From NCBI RefSeq assembly GCF_016433145.1, contig NC_058130.1, forward strand, positions 656,681,225 through 656,745,224: a stretch of DNA of 64,000 nt, read 5' to 3'. This DNA is from Gracilinanus agilis (lineage: Eukaryota). The first letter of the stretch is position 1, and every line of letters starts with the position of its first letter. This document shows positions 38,492 through 52,084 of the stretch, one piece after another. Below the pieces are notes generated by a model. The model was given only the letters and a program-made list of their open reading frames with translations, made no database searches and was not told where the DNA came from. The position numbers and the translations under genes were made by a program.

Positions 38492-39555
38492 ATGAAGGTT
38501 TCATTTCTCACATATATAGAGAACTAAGTCAAATTTATAAGAATACAAGTCACTTCCAAATTGACAAATGATCAAAGGACATGAATAAAAATTTTACATA
38601 TAAAGAAATCAAAACTATAAGTAATCATATGAAAAAATGTCTCAAATCACTTTTGATTAGAGAAATACGAATTAAAACAACTCTGAGGTACCACCTCACA
38701 TCTATCAGATTGGCCAATATGACAGTAAAAAAAAGTGATAAAGGTTGGAGGAGATGTGGGAAAATTAGGACACCAATTCATTGTTGGTTAAGTTGTGAAC
38801 TGATTCAACCATTCTGGAAGGCAATTTGGAATTATGCCCAAAGGGCTATAAAGCAATGCATAACCTTTGATCCTATAACACCACTGCAAGGTCTGTATCC
38901 CAGAGAGATTAAAAAAGGAGGGTGGGCAAGGACCTATTTGTACAAAAATATTTATAGATGCTCTTTTTTGTGGTGGCAAAGAATTTAAGGGCAGTCCATC
39001 AATAGGGGAATGGCTGAAAAAATTGTGGTATATGGTTGTGCTATAAGAAATGATGAACAGGATGATTTCAGAAAGAGCAATAAAGACTTACATGAACTGA
39101 TGCAGGGTGAAATAAGCAAAATCAGGACAACACTGTACACAATAATAGCAATATTGCGGAATAAATACTGTGATAAACTTAGCTACTCTCATCAATATAT
39201 TGATCCTGGATGATTCTGAAGGGCTTATGACAGAGAATGCTATCCATCTCTAGAGGAAGAACTATTGGAGTCAGAAGGCAGACTGAAGCATGTGATTTTT
39301 CACTTTAGTTTATTTAGGTTTTTGTTTGGGGATTTTGGCTTTGTGTGATTATTCTCTTACAATAAAAGTGAACAATATAGAAATATATTTTGCAGGATAA
39401 TACATGTATAACCCAAATTAAATTGCTACCAGCTCTGGGAAGGGGAAGGGAAGTGAGGGAGAGAGTCAATTTGTATCATGTAACTTTGTAAAACTTACAT
39501 GGAAATTTATTACACGTAATTGGTAAAAATAAAATGTCTTTCAAATAAAAATACA
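38492..39555 (+). mobile_element. L1 3' ~1.06 kb (ORF2 Cys-rich C-terminus and 3'UTR) fused to U6
   Basis: ORF 38581-38988 TTLRYHLTSIRLA...CGK...HCWLSCELIQPFWKAIW is the L1 ORF2p C-terminus; TSD ttaagcaaa (38374-38382, 39556-39564). Confidence 0.92.
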
Positions 39556-41156
39556 TTAAGCAAATTACTTCATCAACTTGTGCCTCAGTCTCCTTATCTA
39601 TATCATGAAGGCATTGGGTAATACTAATACCAAAAATAAATAACATTTATTTTTAAAAATTAATTTTGTAATATGTTTTACAAATTATTAACTCATTTTG
39701 ATCCTTACAATGATCCTGAGAACTAAGGGCAATTATCTTCCCCATTTTACAGATGAAAAACTAAAAGTGATAGTTGAAGCGACTTGCTTTGTATCTAATG
39801 TTAATTAGAGCTAAAAATCTCATGTATCATCATACATAAAAATTAATCTTTCAGGCTTATAATTAGATTTATAATCATTTATTAGTAAAGTAAGAAAGAG
39901 AAAAGATTCCATTTCCAGCCTTTCTAACTTAAAGTAAGATCAGGTTCCAGATCCTAGTCCCTTCCATGCCACTGCCTGCCTGAGATTGCAAGATGAGCTA
40001 AATGTTCAGTGAGAGAGTTAGTTCAGATACAAGTCCAGAAGTAAATAGTGCTTTTCAAACCTAGGCTCTTCTTGGCCCCAGATCTTTCCTTGGCCACTGA
40101 CTTTCAAATATCATGCCATTTGCCTTTCTTGGTGGTGGACCTGTGCTAGGATGCAGGGGCTGATGCAGGGATGCTGTCATCAGGCTGTCAGACTGGTGGC
40201 TTTGATTCCTACTACACTGAGTCACTAGGGTGCAGGAGATCAATTTACTTCACACAATTGCACTATCCCTTCTGATTCTTTGGGATACTAGCATGTTAAG
40301 TCTCCCCACTCTTGCTTCTCTAGGAGATTAACATGCATTCTCTCCAGTGAATAATTCCACATATGGAGTCCATACATTTAGGATTTTCTCACCAGAGGGC
40401 ATAAGAGCACAAAAGATATTGTACATTTCATGGAGGGAGTTACTACAATTTGGGTAATAAAAAGAAAGAGGAGAGAAAATAAATGATTGTTAGGGGGACC
40501 ATAGCATAAATTAGGGGGTGCTTTAAGCAAAAAATGTTTACAATCAGTATCAATGGAGGGCTCAAACCCACCATTCCCTTAGTTTAGTTTATTATATCCA
40601 AAGATTCACTCCAAATCTTGTGATGTATTGTTTGATTTCTGTGAGCATCCTTACAGCATCTTAGATCCAGAAGATCTGCTTTCCTGGTTCAGGGTTTTGG
40701 TGATTATCTTTTCCTAAAATTACTTTAAAAAGAGTTTAGAATTTGAACTTTTAGGATAATTATCAAGCTTTCCCTTTAAAAACTATAATTGAAGGTATCC
40801 CCAGAATGTTATGGAGAGGGGAGAAATTATTTTCTTTTTACTCTGTCTCACCATCACTTAGTAGAGAAGGTATTTAATAAATGTTTGTTGAATTTGAGGT
40901 AAAGAATGGTGAAGATGAAGACCCCATAGTCAATTAGCCATCAAACACTTATTAAGTACCTATTATGTGTCAGGTGAGGTACTATTTTTTATTTCTGATT
41001 CATAAAACTGTCTTACAAAGAGGGGAATCTAATAAAACTAAATCACTACTGCTGTCCCAGGAAATTTCAATCAAAATAATATACCCCCAGATTATTCTCT
41101 TACTCTATCTTCCTCCCTCCCTCTCTGTGTTTCTGTTTCTCTTTTTATATGTATAC

Positions 41157-41196
<40 letters not shown>
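41157..41196. repeat. Compound (TA)n(TG)n microsatellite
   Basis: Read directly from the sequence. Confidence 0.95.
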
Positions 41197-43059
41197 ACAT
41201 GTATATACTATTATAAAATAAGAATTATGGTCTAATATAAACATATCTTTTAATGCTGGGAGATTAAGATCAAAACTTATCCACTTTTTGATCCTCTGGA
41301 TCAAAGAGATTCATTGGAAAGCCCTGTTGTAATTGTAAACATTAGTGTGAATTCTTGAAAAGAATACAGAGCCTTTTTGAAGAACTATGTAATAATTCAT
41401 GATAAATATATAAAGAAAATTGCCAAAAAGGAACTAGAAGGGAGTGGGTAAAATGAATGATTGGTTAAAGAGTAACATAGATGATACCTCTGTGAGAACA
41501 TAAGACAAATCTTTCTAACATCAGCATACAAATGCTGCTTTTTATTAAGAAGCATCCATAACAATTAAGAACTAATGTTTTTCCTTTCAACTTCCAAAAG
41601 ATAAATTGTTTTTGGCAGAACAGAAGAAAAACAAAGAAGGAAAAGAGTCTAAGGAGACAAATCAAATATCTAGTAAAAGTTCAGCAACATGTAGTATGTG
41701 TGTGCTATGAAGGTCAGGCCAAGAAAAGGAAAACTTTAGGAATATGGGTAATGCTTTCTTCAGTGAAGCCACTTTAAGGTGGGGCTTTAGAAGACATTGG
41801 GGAATATCAGAAGTTAGCAACTAGTGTGTTAGCAACACACTAGAGAATGAGATACAAAGTTTTATACGTAGTTGAAGATAAAGGAATGATGATAGGCCTT
41901 TGGTCCAATGTGTTTTTTAATCTTGAAAGAAAGAGCCTGCAAGCATATGCTTGCATGATCACAAATTTCCTTGATTAGATAAATGAACTCCAGGGTGATG
42001 GGTATTTGGTACTTTGAGAGTACTATAAAGAGCTATGCAGGATGTAGACATATGCATTGGTACCTTATTGGAAAAACTCAGGGGGCATCCTAAGGATGTA
42101 GCAGGACATATCTTGATCAACTTGATAGTTTTTCAAAGCAGTGAGCCTTTAATTGAAGCTTCTTGGTCATGGCCCTCCATGCCTTCTAGAATGTGAAGTT
42201 TTAGTGTTTATGAGATAATTATTTGACTTAGGCAGCTAAAGGGTAGGTCACTCTGGACAGTCAAGCTCTTTGTGTTGTACGATAATGGAGTCTTCAATCA
42301 CAATATCAGGTTCTCCCACTTTTTTATTTTTCTTTTTTCCCTTTTAGGAACATAGTCCAGAGTACAAAAAATAGAACCTGGATCCTAATTGAGTGGGAAG
42401 GAATTCCTTCCCCTCCTTTCCCAAGGAACTAATAGTGACTGCCTTGTAATAAAGGCACTTAGGAATTCAAGTTAAGCTTTTTACTTTGAAGACTTTTCAA
42501 AAAGCAAGAGACCCTTTTGGAAGAACACTATCATATTAGAAACAAGAACATAGAATTAAAGTCTTATGATTCATTTTCCAATTCCAATTCTAATGTTAGG
42601 ACTTTCTGTTTGTTTTTTTTACCTTCCTTCAAGGCTCAATTCAGACATCACTTCTATCTGAATATTCTCAAAAGGAGCAAAAAGAAACACATATGAAAGA
42701 GAGAATCATTGAGCTACAATTACATGGCATATAATCAGTGAAAGGTTAGTTATTCAAGAATGAAGGAATGATACATTTTTGTATTTAAATTTAAGACAAG
42801 AAAAAAATCTCATTTCTTGAATTTTCTTTCTTTTTTAGGATCATTTTAAGTTTAACATTCTGAAAATATAAGCCATCTACTTTCATCATCACCATCCTCC
42901 AGGAGGTTTGAGTATATCCACTTTGCATCCACTACTTTGCCTGGTTCCAACTCTATGGAATGAAATGAGCCTCCCAGAATAAGCTTATCACTTTTAAACT
43001 CATCACCGTGCTGCTTATTCAAGTCTTGGTTGACACTTCCTCCTTCAGTTTCCTCTCCT

Positions 43060-43350
43060 CTCTGATTGGATGACTAGAGGGGGAAAAATAAACTCTACTC
43101 AGTGCCTTCCTTTATAAAGAACAGAACTGGCCTTGCAGCTCACTTTACTTTGCTTCTTCTAATCTTCCTAGTTTCTACTCCATGGAAAAAGATGTTCATA
43201 CACAGATGCTCTCCCTCCTCTTCCAACTCCTAGTTTTCCTGTTTCCCACTGTGTTTTGTCTCCCCTTTTAGAGTGTAAATTCCTTGAGGGTAGGGAATAT
43301 CTTTTCTTTCTATTAAATGTATCCCTTATGCTTAGCCCAGTGCCTGAAAC
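43060..43350 (+). mobile_element. L2 3' region
   Basis: gtctccccttttagagtgtaaattccttgagggtaggga...cttagcccagtgcctgaaacatagg. Confidence 0.6.
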
Positions 43351-44626
43351 ATAGGTAAAACATAAAACTACTATAGCACACTGTACAGGGCTACTTCTAA
43401 ACTTGCACTTATATTGGTAAGCTCACTCCCCGAAGGGTGGCTAACTAGTTCAATTTTTAGGATTCTAGGGATTAACCTGATATTTTAGTCTTGTTTTTCC
43501 CTTGTAGTGTTGTACGTGAACCCCTACTCCTATATTTTCTATTGATAGCAATTGGCCAAATAGAATTATTTTTGCTGTTTCTTAGGGATAATTTCTAAAG
43601 TGATACAATAAGAACAGTTGGTATAAAATATTAACAATAAAAGTCTGAGACATACACTCTCCTAGGTACATTCAGAGCTATGGGGAAAATGAGTTCAGGC
43701 ATAGACAATATATGGGCCAAAGGGGTAATTCATATCCCTCAGCTAGATGTACTATCATCTCCATTCCTGGTAGACCCATTTGCCTTTCCTCCTATGTGTG
43801 TCATTCTCTAGGTGATTGTATTGAAGCTACTCTTCCTCTCACCCTGCTGAGGTCACACTTCCTAAAATTTCCTTTCTTCACAATTTCTAGTTGATCTTCC
43901 TTTAGTTCCTGGCTTTATGCATTATTTGTTATTGGCTCAGTCTCTCTGATGGCATAATAAGTGAGGAAAGTTACTTCTCTTCGGTTCTTAACTCCTAAAC
44001 TGCTTTACTTTTGAACTACAAGTACAAAAGTTTGACTCACTGAAGCACTTTGGAGAGTTGACTCTCAAAATATTTGCTGAAGTACTTTTGGAATCTCTTT
44101 CTGATATAAGAAGACCAGTGATATGTCTAATTCTTTCAACCAGTCACAAAACATTTCACAATCTGATTTCATTCAGTAACTTGAAGCATTGCACAAATTA
44201 CACTTAATTTATAGATTGATTGATTAATTGATTCAATAGAAATACCTAGAAGTTATTCACACACAATTTGCACATTTTATTGATTCTATAACTTAGTCAA
44301 AACAGTGTTCTCTTCTAAAAAAAGTATCAGGGCATCCAGCACCTTGCTAGTGACATTATTTGGAGTTTGGACTATGAAATATTGCTCTTAAATAACAATA
44401 TCATTCATATGTATTTATTTATTCAAAAAATATGCATGAGCTTCTACTATGTGCATCACATTCTGTTAGTTGTTTTATGTGTTAGAAAACTCACAGGAGA
44501 AATAAAGTGGTAAGAGAAAGAAAATAGCTTGTACTTTTAATGATAACTTTTCTTATTTCTCCCTTTGGAGGTGATATATACAGAAACACATTTTCCCCCT
44601 CTGATTCTCTTAAGTCTTGACTTTTT

Positions 44627-44716
44627 TTTAAACCGTTACCTTCCGTCTTGGAGTCAATACTGTGTATTGGCTCCAAGGCAGAAGAGTGGTAAGGGTAGGC
44701 AGTGGGGGTCAAGGGA
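44627..44716 (-). mobile_element. 5'-truncated SINE1_Mdo-type element (long-tail form)
   Basis: Perfect 15-bp TSD aagtcttgacttttt (44612-44626, 44717-44731); tail closely matches the 16010 copy. Confidence 0.93.
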
Positions 44717-45246
44717 AAGTCTTGACTTTTTATTTACAACAGGACAAAAAAATTTGGAAAAATTATATTTTTAAAAATAGTAACTCTTCTTATTTAGATT
44801 GTTATTTAACATCTATTTAAATGATCTCTTTTCTCAGGTAATAAACATTATATAGCTTGTAGACATTATGCATTTGAAAAGATTTTTTTAAATATTAAAA
44901 TCTTAAGCTACTTATAGGTATGTTAAGGAAGTGGTGACTTAAAAGAGATTTAAAATAAATAATCTTCAGATTTATAAGAAATAAAATATATATTAAGTTA
45001 ATAGAACCAGTGAAAACATTGCCGAGCAGATTTCATCACAAAATTCTGTATTATAAAAAAATTCATTGTAACTTAACTCAATTGAGGATAAAAAAGAAAA
45101 TCTCCCAACTTTTTAAGTCTGCATGTGTTAAATACATATCATTTAAATACAATATAATAATGTATCATGTCAAATAAATGACAACTTCATTTAGGAAATC
45201 ATATGCTATTCCAATGAATCAATAAATATTTAATAAACTTTTGATG

Positions 45247-45390
45247 TCAATCAATTAATAAGCATTTATTAAGGTGCCCACCATGAGCCAGGCACTGTGT
45301 AAAGCACTGCAGATACAAAAAGAGGCAAAAAACAGTCCCTGTGCTCAAGGAACTTTTCATCTAATGAGGTGACACCATGTCAACAAATAC
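45247..45390 (-). mobile_element. L2 3' end
   Basis: tcaatcaattaataagcatttattaagg...ccaggcactgtg...cagtccctgtgctcaagga. Confidence 0.8.
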
Positions 45391-45769
45391 AATAAGGCCA
45401 CTTATCTATGATTTTCCTTTTCATGGTTTCAGCAACTTGAGGTTGAAGGTTCAGAGTTCCATCCATACCATGTCAATGGTCTCTCTGTGCCAATGATTCT
45501 GCTTTCACTATCACTTTTTTTCACTTGTACTTTTTTAGAGTTTTTTTTTTTTGGGGGGGGGGAGGAAGATTAAGAGACTACAGAGGACTCAGCCAAGGGG
45601 CAAAAGTAGAGGAGAGAGAGTACATATATATGGGGACATCAGGTGTTCATTTTTTACTTTTGGCCATTTGTGGTAAGCCTTAGAATATACCTCCATGTAT
45701 ATAGGGCCCTACTGTATATACAAAGCAAACTGGACCTTTGGTTTAGGAAAATGGATGATGTAGTGGCAT

Positions 45770-46720
45770 GGAAATAGAATTGAGCAAAGCAAACCTACTA
45801 GAAGCCTACTGCAATACAGGTGTACAAATTCAGGTATGATGTGATGAGGTATCAGAGGAGAGAAGGAGACATATTCAAGACATTGCAAAGGTGAAATTGA
45901 TAGTCCCTGGTGACAACTTAGAGATGGAGGTGAGAAATAGGAATCCAGGATAACTCCTAGAATGTGAGCCTAAGGGAATAGAAGGAAAGTGTTTCCCTCT
46001 ACAGGAATAGGGAATGTAGGAAAGCAGAGGAGAGGGGAATTTAGGAGAAAAGATAATGAGTTCTGTTTGGGAATGTCGAATTTAAGATATCTATCGGATA
46101 TCCAGTTTGAGATGTTTGAAAGACAGCTGGAGATACAAGACAGAAAATCAGTAGAAAGACTAGGATAGGATAGGGAAGCAGGCTAGAGAGAGAGAATAGA
46201 AGAGAAAAGGGGCCAGGGCAGAACCCAGAGGATTAGAGGGCAGGATGTGGAGGAAGACGCAGCAAAAAGAGATAAAGAATGATCAGAGTTAGGAGGAAAA
46301 CAAGTAGAAAATAATTCTCTGAAAACTTAGGAAGAAGTGACTACCAAGAAGAAAAGGATAATCAGTCATGTCAAATGTCACAAATTGGTCAATGAGAATG
46401 AGGATGGAGAATCATTAATAACTTTGGAGTGAGCAATATCAGGGGAATGATAAGCCTGGAAGTCAGACTGTCAGGCATTAAGAAGAAAATGAAAGGAGAA
46501 AAAGTGGAAGCACTTATTGTAAATGACCTTTTCCAGGATTTTAGCTACAAAAATCTGAAGAGATGTAGGATGATAGAAGAGGACAGAAGGATCAAACAGA
46601 TGAAAGGATCAAATGAGGGGGTTATTTTTTTTTCAGGATAGGAAAAACATGCACATGCTTATATCATGAGGAAAATGTGTTAATAGTCAAGGAGTGACTG
46701 AAAATAAGTGAGGATGAAAG
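45770..46720 (-). mobile_element. L2 internal fragment
   Basis: ataatgagttctgtttggg...tttgagatg...cagctggagat purine-rich L2 antisense pattern. Confidence 0.65.
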
Positions 46721-46840
46721 TGAATTATTTATTAAGATAATATGTAAGAATAGGTTAAAAAAATCCAGAACCACATGGAGTTGAAGGCCTACTTAATTTT
46801 TTATGATGAACTAATTAATAAACAGTGTTCAATTATAATA

Positions 46841-47723
46841 GGGCAGCTAGGTAGTGCAGTGGATAGATAGAGTGCCAAGTCTGAAGTCAGAAAGACATCC
46901 TCTAATAATAAGGAAAAAGACTTGTACAAAAATATTTATAGCCACGCTCTTTGTGGTGGCAAAAAAATTGGAAAATGAGGGAATGTCCTTCAATTGGGGA
47001 ATGGCTGAACAAATTGTGGTGTCTGTTGGTGATGGAATACTATTGTGCTTAAAGGAATAAAGAACTGGAGGAATTCCATGTGAACTGGAATGACCTCCAG
47101 GAATTGATGCAGAGTGAAAGGAGCAGATCCAGGAGAACATTGTACACAGAGACTGATACTCTGTGGTACAATCAAACATAACAGACTTCTCTACTAGCAG
47201 CAATGCAAGGATCCAGAACAAGGCTGAGGGACTTATGAGAAAGAAAACCAGCCACATTCAGAGGAAGAACTGTGGGAGGAGAAACACAGAAGAAAAACAC
47301 CTGCTTGAACACATGAGCTGATGGGGATATTATTGGGGATGTAGACACTAAAGGATAACTCTAGTCCAACAATCAATAATATGGAATTAGGTCTTAACCA
47401 ATGATACATGTAAAACCCAGTGGAATTGTGCATCAGCTATGGGAGATTGGGGGGTTTGGGGGAGAGGGAAAGAACATGAAATATGTAAAAATGGGAAAAT
47501 ATTCAAAATTAAAATTAAAATAAAAAAAGAAAGGCATCTGCTTGAGTTCAAATCCATCAACAGACAATTATTGGTTCTATGATACTGAACAAATGATTTA
47601 ATACTCTTTGCTTCAGTTTCCTCACCTATAAAATAAGCTGGAGAAGGAAATGCCAAACACTTCAGTACCTTTGCCAAGAAAACTTCAAATGGAGTCACTG
47701 GACAGAAAATAACTGAACAAAAA
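46841..47723 (+). mobile_element. MAR1-type SINE (46841-46899 plus 47528-47723) split by an L1
   Basis: Head gggcagctaggtagtgcagtggatag; RTE-type tail ctggagaaggaaatgccaaacacttcagtacctttgccaagaaaac...actgaacaa. Confidence 0.8.
46900..47527 (+). mobile_element. Young 5'-truncated L1 3' end
   Basis: cttgtacaaaaatatttatagcc...caattggggaatggctgaacaaattgtgg...; TSD agaaag(a/g)catc (46889-46899, 47528-47538). Confidence 0.92.
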
Positions 47724-48387
47724 TATATAATATTTTACTTAGGACTCCTAAGACTTTTGAGTTTTTGTGTTGAATTTTCATAATTTTTCTCTCTCTATTC
47801 CCCAATCTCTTTTCTCTCAGCTGCAACTACTTCTTCTTCCAGCATTCCTACATTTAACATCCCATCCTTTCTGATTCTATATTACTGTGAGTTTGAAAAT
47901 TAGAGCCTAAGTCTGTGAGAAGAGTAAATAGTCTCGAGGAAGAGATTAGGGGCTATGAATAAACTCTTTAACCTTAAATGCACAGTCCTTTTGGCACCTA
48001 TTTTGTTTTCCCAGAGCTCTTTTTTTGGTTATGTCCTGGGCCTGGGCCGTGTTTTCAATTTTTGAGGAGTAATATTATCTGTCTATTTGCTATAGATTTT
48101 TCTGTATATCCATGTTTTTATCTCTGAAATTGTCAATTTATGATCAAACTATCATATATTTAGATCTGGAAAGGATCTTAGAGTCCATCTAACCCAACAC
48201 CCTCAGATGAGATCGTGCTCCCCATAAGAGTTAAGTAACTTGCCAAATGTTAAACAGTTAATAAATAGCAGGTAAAACATTAAAACTCAGCTCCCTCAAC
48301 TTCAATCTAAGAATAAACAATTGCAATAACTTGTGGTGTTTAAAGCCATTGGATTGCCTGAATTTATTTGACTAAACACTTATATAT

Positions 48388-48638
48388 GGTTGTTCAGTCA
48401 TCTTTCAATCATGTCTGACTCTTCATGACACCACTTGGGCTTTTCTTGGCAAAGATGTTAGGATGACTTGTCATTTCCTACTCCAGCTCACTGTACAGAT
48501 GAGGAAACTGAGGCAAACAGGGTTAAGTGACCTGTCCAAGGTCATATAGCTAGTAAGTGTTTAAAGCTTTATTTAAACTCATGAAGACTGATTTTTCTGA
48601 TCCCAAGCCCAGTGCTCTATCCATAATGCCACATAGCT
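48388..48638 (-). mobile_element. MAR1-type SINE
   Basis: ttgttcagtc...catgtctgactcttcatgacacc...ttttcttggcaaagat...cagatgaggaaactgaggcaaacagggttaagtgac. Confidence 0.85.
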
Positions 48639-49919
48639 TTGTAGATATTTCTAAATACTAAAAACAAAGTTAACAAAAGGTTGACTTCTTATGAGAAAAA
48701 AAGAGAAAAAAATTTAAAAATTCTCAAACAACCCTTGAAGATTGAAAATCTTTGTGTTATATAAACAGCCTATATTTACAAACAACAATGCCTTCTAAAC
48801 ACAACCACTCTTTTGTTTAACCATTATTATTCCTTATTCTGAGTATTTTGAAGAGGAAGATGAGGGGAAATATAGAACTTATAATATATAAACACTAAGT
48901 TAAAGTATAGATAAACATCAGAACTCAATGAAACATGAATATGTCAAATATTAGGGCCTAACTGTAATGGCATGTAGAGGAATCTCTTCTGGCATAATAC
49001 ATTTATGCCTTAGGTTTAAAAAAGGTACATTTTAGAAAAGGCAATAAATCACTTAATGATTTTGCTTTATCTGGTAAATGCTTAGGACCTCTGGTTCTAA
49101 TATTAATTATATATTAAAAATGCAAAGGAATATTTTTAAAAGCATTTTTCTCTTTGACAAAGGTAAGTTATAGATTTTAATTCAATTTTACTGAAATTAC
49201 TGTTTAACTGAACAGTGAACTGTTCCTCTACTCTAACATTTTTCTTTCTCATTTTTGTAAACAGTGTGAGTCTGCATATACTCAATTCACCAACATGGAG
49301 ATGCCCTTGAGACATCTTTGGAGCATGTCCAGATTGCTTTACCTGGAAACCTCCACATCCTCTAACCTGTGGGTGGCAGTGGCCTCCTTTAATTGTCATC
49401 TTTAAAACTGGCTAAACTAAGTGAGTTGCACACCTTTTGTCCTCTCATATTTGCTACATACAAACGATGAAGATTAGAGTTAAACCATAGCCTGGGCACC
49501 ATGAACCGAACCTCTTAGAAGGGACTTCTTTCTCCTATTCCTTCTCTACTATCCCAGCTTGAAAAATGGGTCTGAGAATATCTGTTGTGTAATGGTTTTC
49601 CTCCTAAATTCTAGGTGCTGGAGATGACAAATACAGGATCCAGGAGTTTAAGCTATGACAACTCTGGGGCCAGATTTGAAGCAAGAGAGTGTAGCCAATG
49701 ACCCAACACAGAAATCCAGCAAAGCCAGGCTACCTGGGGGCTGAATCTGAAGAGGTGAGAGTTAGACTTGGAACTGGGTCTGTGTTCTACAGTAACTAAA
49801 TGAAAATAGAGCCCTAATTTCCTTCCCCTCCCCACAGACAGAGATGGTACAAAAGGAGAAGGGATGATATCTCCTAAATGCTAGAGGAATCAGTTTGGAT
49901 GTTTCTGATTATGCTTTTT

Positions 49920-50109
49920 TTTTCTTTTTTTTTTAAACCCTTAACTTCTGTTTATTGACTCCTTGGTGGAAGATTGGTAAGGGTGGGCAATGGAGGTCAA
50001 GTGACTTGCCCAGGGTCACATAGCTGGGAAGTGTCTGAGGCCGGATTTGAACCTAGGACCTCCTGTCTCTGGGCCTGACTCTCAATCCACTGAGCTACCC
50101 AGCTGCCCC
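49920..50109 (-). mobile_element. SINE1_Mdo-type SINE (short-tail form)
   Basis: Ends ccactgagctacccagctgcccc; degenerate TSD ct(g/c)attatg(a)ctttt. Confidence 0.93.
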
Positions 50110-51194
50110 CCTCATTATGACTTTTGAGGTAAATATTTCTATGTAAAGCTAATCTTTTGGTGGCTCTGTGCACATTACTTCCTTCACTTGGGGGAAATCA
50201 TCAGTCTGGGCTGGAGCATTGGCAGAAAATGTGGACACTTCTAATTTCCCTTAAGGCCACTGGAGAACCCTAGGGTGGATAGAGAGGATGAAATGTGTCC
50301 TATTTAGCCTTCAAGAAGTAGCTTGTGTCACCTGTTCTTTGCCAAACTGTAAATCCCGTGTACTGGTTGTTTCATACTTTATCACAGGAAAATATAAGGA
50401 AATTGGATTTTTGAGGAATTTTTTAAACTTCTGAAAGGAGATATTTATAGTAATTTTTGAATTATTTCTATCTACTAATACCATCATCAGTCTCCCATAT
50501 ATTGGCAAAAGTATGGTGTATGAGTAGAGAAAAGGATTAAGTTTGTATATGAGTTAGAGGGTCAGTTTTATCCCTCAGCTAAAGAAAAAGACAAGAATGT
50601 CGTTATGTTGAGTGAGCCCTTAGCATTCCCAAATAAAGAAAATTCTTGCACATATAACTAATCTAACGGTTCAGAAGCAAGATGGATTGGAGCTGGCAGT
50701 GGCTGCTATATGTTGTGCTTCAGGACATGTTCCCTGATAGCACAAGTAGCTTGTGATAGAGTTCTGCCATTGAAATGAGTTTTGAAATAATGATGTTAGT
50801 ATAACATTTGTTGCTAGCAGCAACACTAAAGATGTTGAGTCATTCCACGGTTCAATGACTTATTCTATCCACAAGGGCAGCATTCTGAGAACCTGCATCT
50901 CTACCACAAGACTACTCAGACAGGAAAGACACCAGACAAGTCATCCGCATCAAACTTACAGCAATATTAGTGGTTACGAGGTAGATGCAATAAAATATGA
51001 AGAACAGAAAGTTCTTTCTTGAAATAATTTCATCAAGGAGAGATGTCACTTTAGGATTCACTAAAAATGATCCATCCACTTGCTATTCCTTTCTGTTATC
51101 CAAACATGGTGGGGTGTCATTTCATAATAATGTGTTCATGTGAGTGTACCCTTTTTTTGTTGCTTTTGAGATTAATATTTGACTTTTTTATCAT

Positions 51195-51365
51195 AATCAT
51201 AGAATCACAAAATTCTAGATTTGGAAGGAATCTCAGAAAAGGTCAGATTTTCTAACCCATTACCTGAAATAACAATTCTCTCTTCAATTATCCTGACAAG
51301 TGACTTCTTATCCCCTGCCTAAGGCCTGTCAGTGATAGAACACTACAGCCTGGCTATTTCAAACT
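51195..51365 (-). mobile_element. CR1/L3 3' end
   Basis: atcatagaatcacaaaattctagatttggaaggaatctcaga...cctgacaagtg...ctgcctaa...cagtgatag. Confidence 0.55.
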
Positions 51366-51821
51366 GTCTCTTATTTTCCCTCTATTTTTAGTATTATAGT
51401 GTCTGCATGGTTCTTTTTCTTAAAAAAATCATAGATGCCTAAACATTTTGGGGGGAAAAGTGTTATATAAAGCAAAATAATGACTAAGTTTTCAGCTATT
51501 TTCATTCTTGTAGGAACCCACATGTGTCTTCACATTGTGAAATCTTTTCCATGCCAGTGAATGATATCCAAGTTTTAGCTTGATTGAAATTGTTCAGGAA
51601 TGCATCTATTATTACTCACTAAACCACCTATACAATTTTCTACAGATTGTTTTCCTAGTTTTAAAACGTTAAATCTCATAAGTATACAATTGTATATATG
51701 GAAACTACTACAGTGAAGCAATTTTGATTTATCATATTTAGCATACAAAGGAATAAAATATGACCTGCTTTAGAAGTTAATCAGTTCCCCATGATAAGAA
51801 AATTTCAAGAAGAGGCTAGAA

Positions 51822-52010
51822 GGGCAGCTTGGTATTCAGTGGAGAGAGAGTCAGGCCTGGAAATGGGAGGTCCTAAGTTCAGAACTAGCCTCAGACACTT
51901 CCTAGCTGTGTGACCCTGGGCAAGTCACTTAACCTCAGTTACCTAAACTTACTGCTTTTCTGCCTTGGAAAAAATACTTGGCATTGATTCTAAGACAGAA
52001 TCAATTAAAA
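51822..52010 (+). mobile_element. SINE1_Mdo-like SINE, older
   Basis: gggcagcttggtattcagtggagagagagtcaggcctggaaatgggaggtcc...gtgtgaccctgggcaagtcactta. Confidence 0.85.
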
Positions 52011-52084
52011 AGACTTTAGAAGACCACTTTTGAGAAATATGATATAAGAGCGTTCTCCACTGGTACGGAGAGGGAACTGGGGAA

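Noticed and set aside
38581-38988. 135-aa ORF as a functional protein
   Set aside because: It is the decayed C-terminus of L1 ORF2p within a 5'-truncated copy.
49358-49385. SPIN-like terminal sequence (tctaacctgtgggtggc)
   Set aside because: Partial similarity only; no partner TIR or 8-bp TSD.
50723-50732. p53 response element (GGACATGTTC)
   Set aside because: Single half-site with no adequate second half-site nearby.
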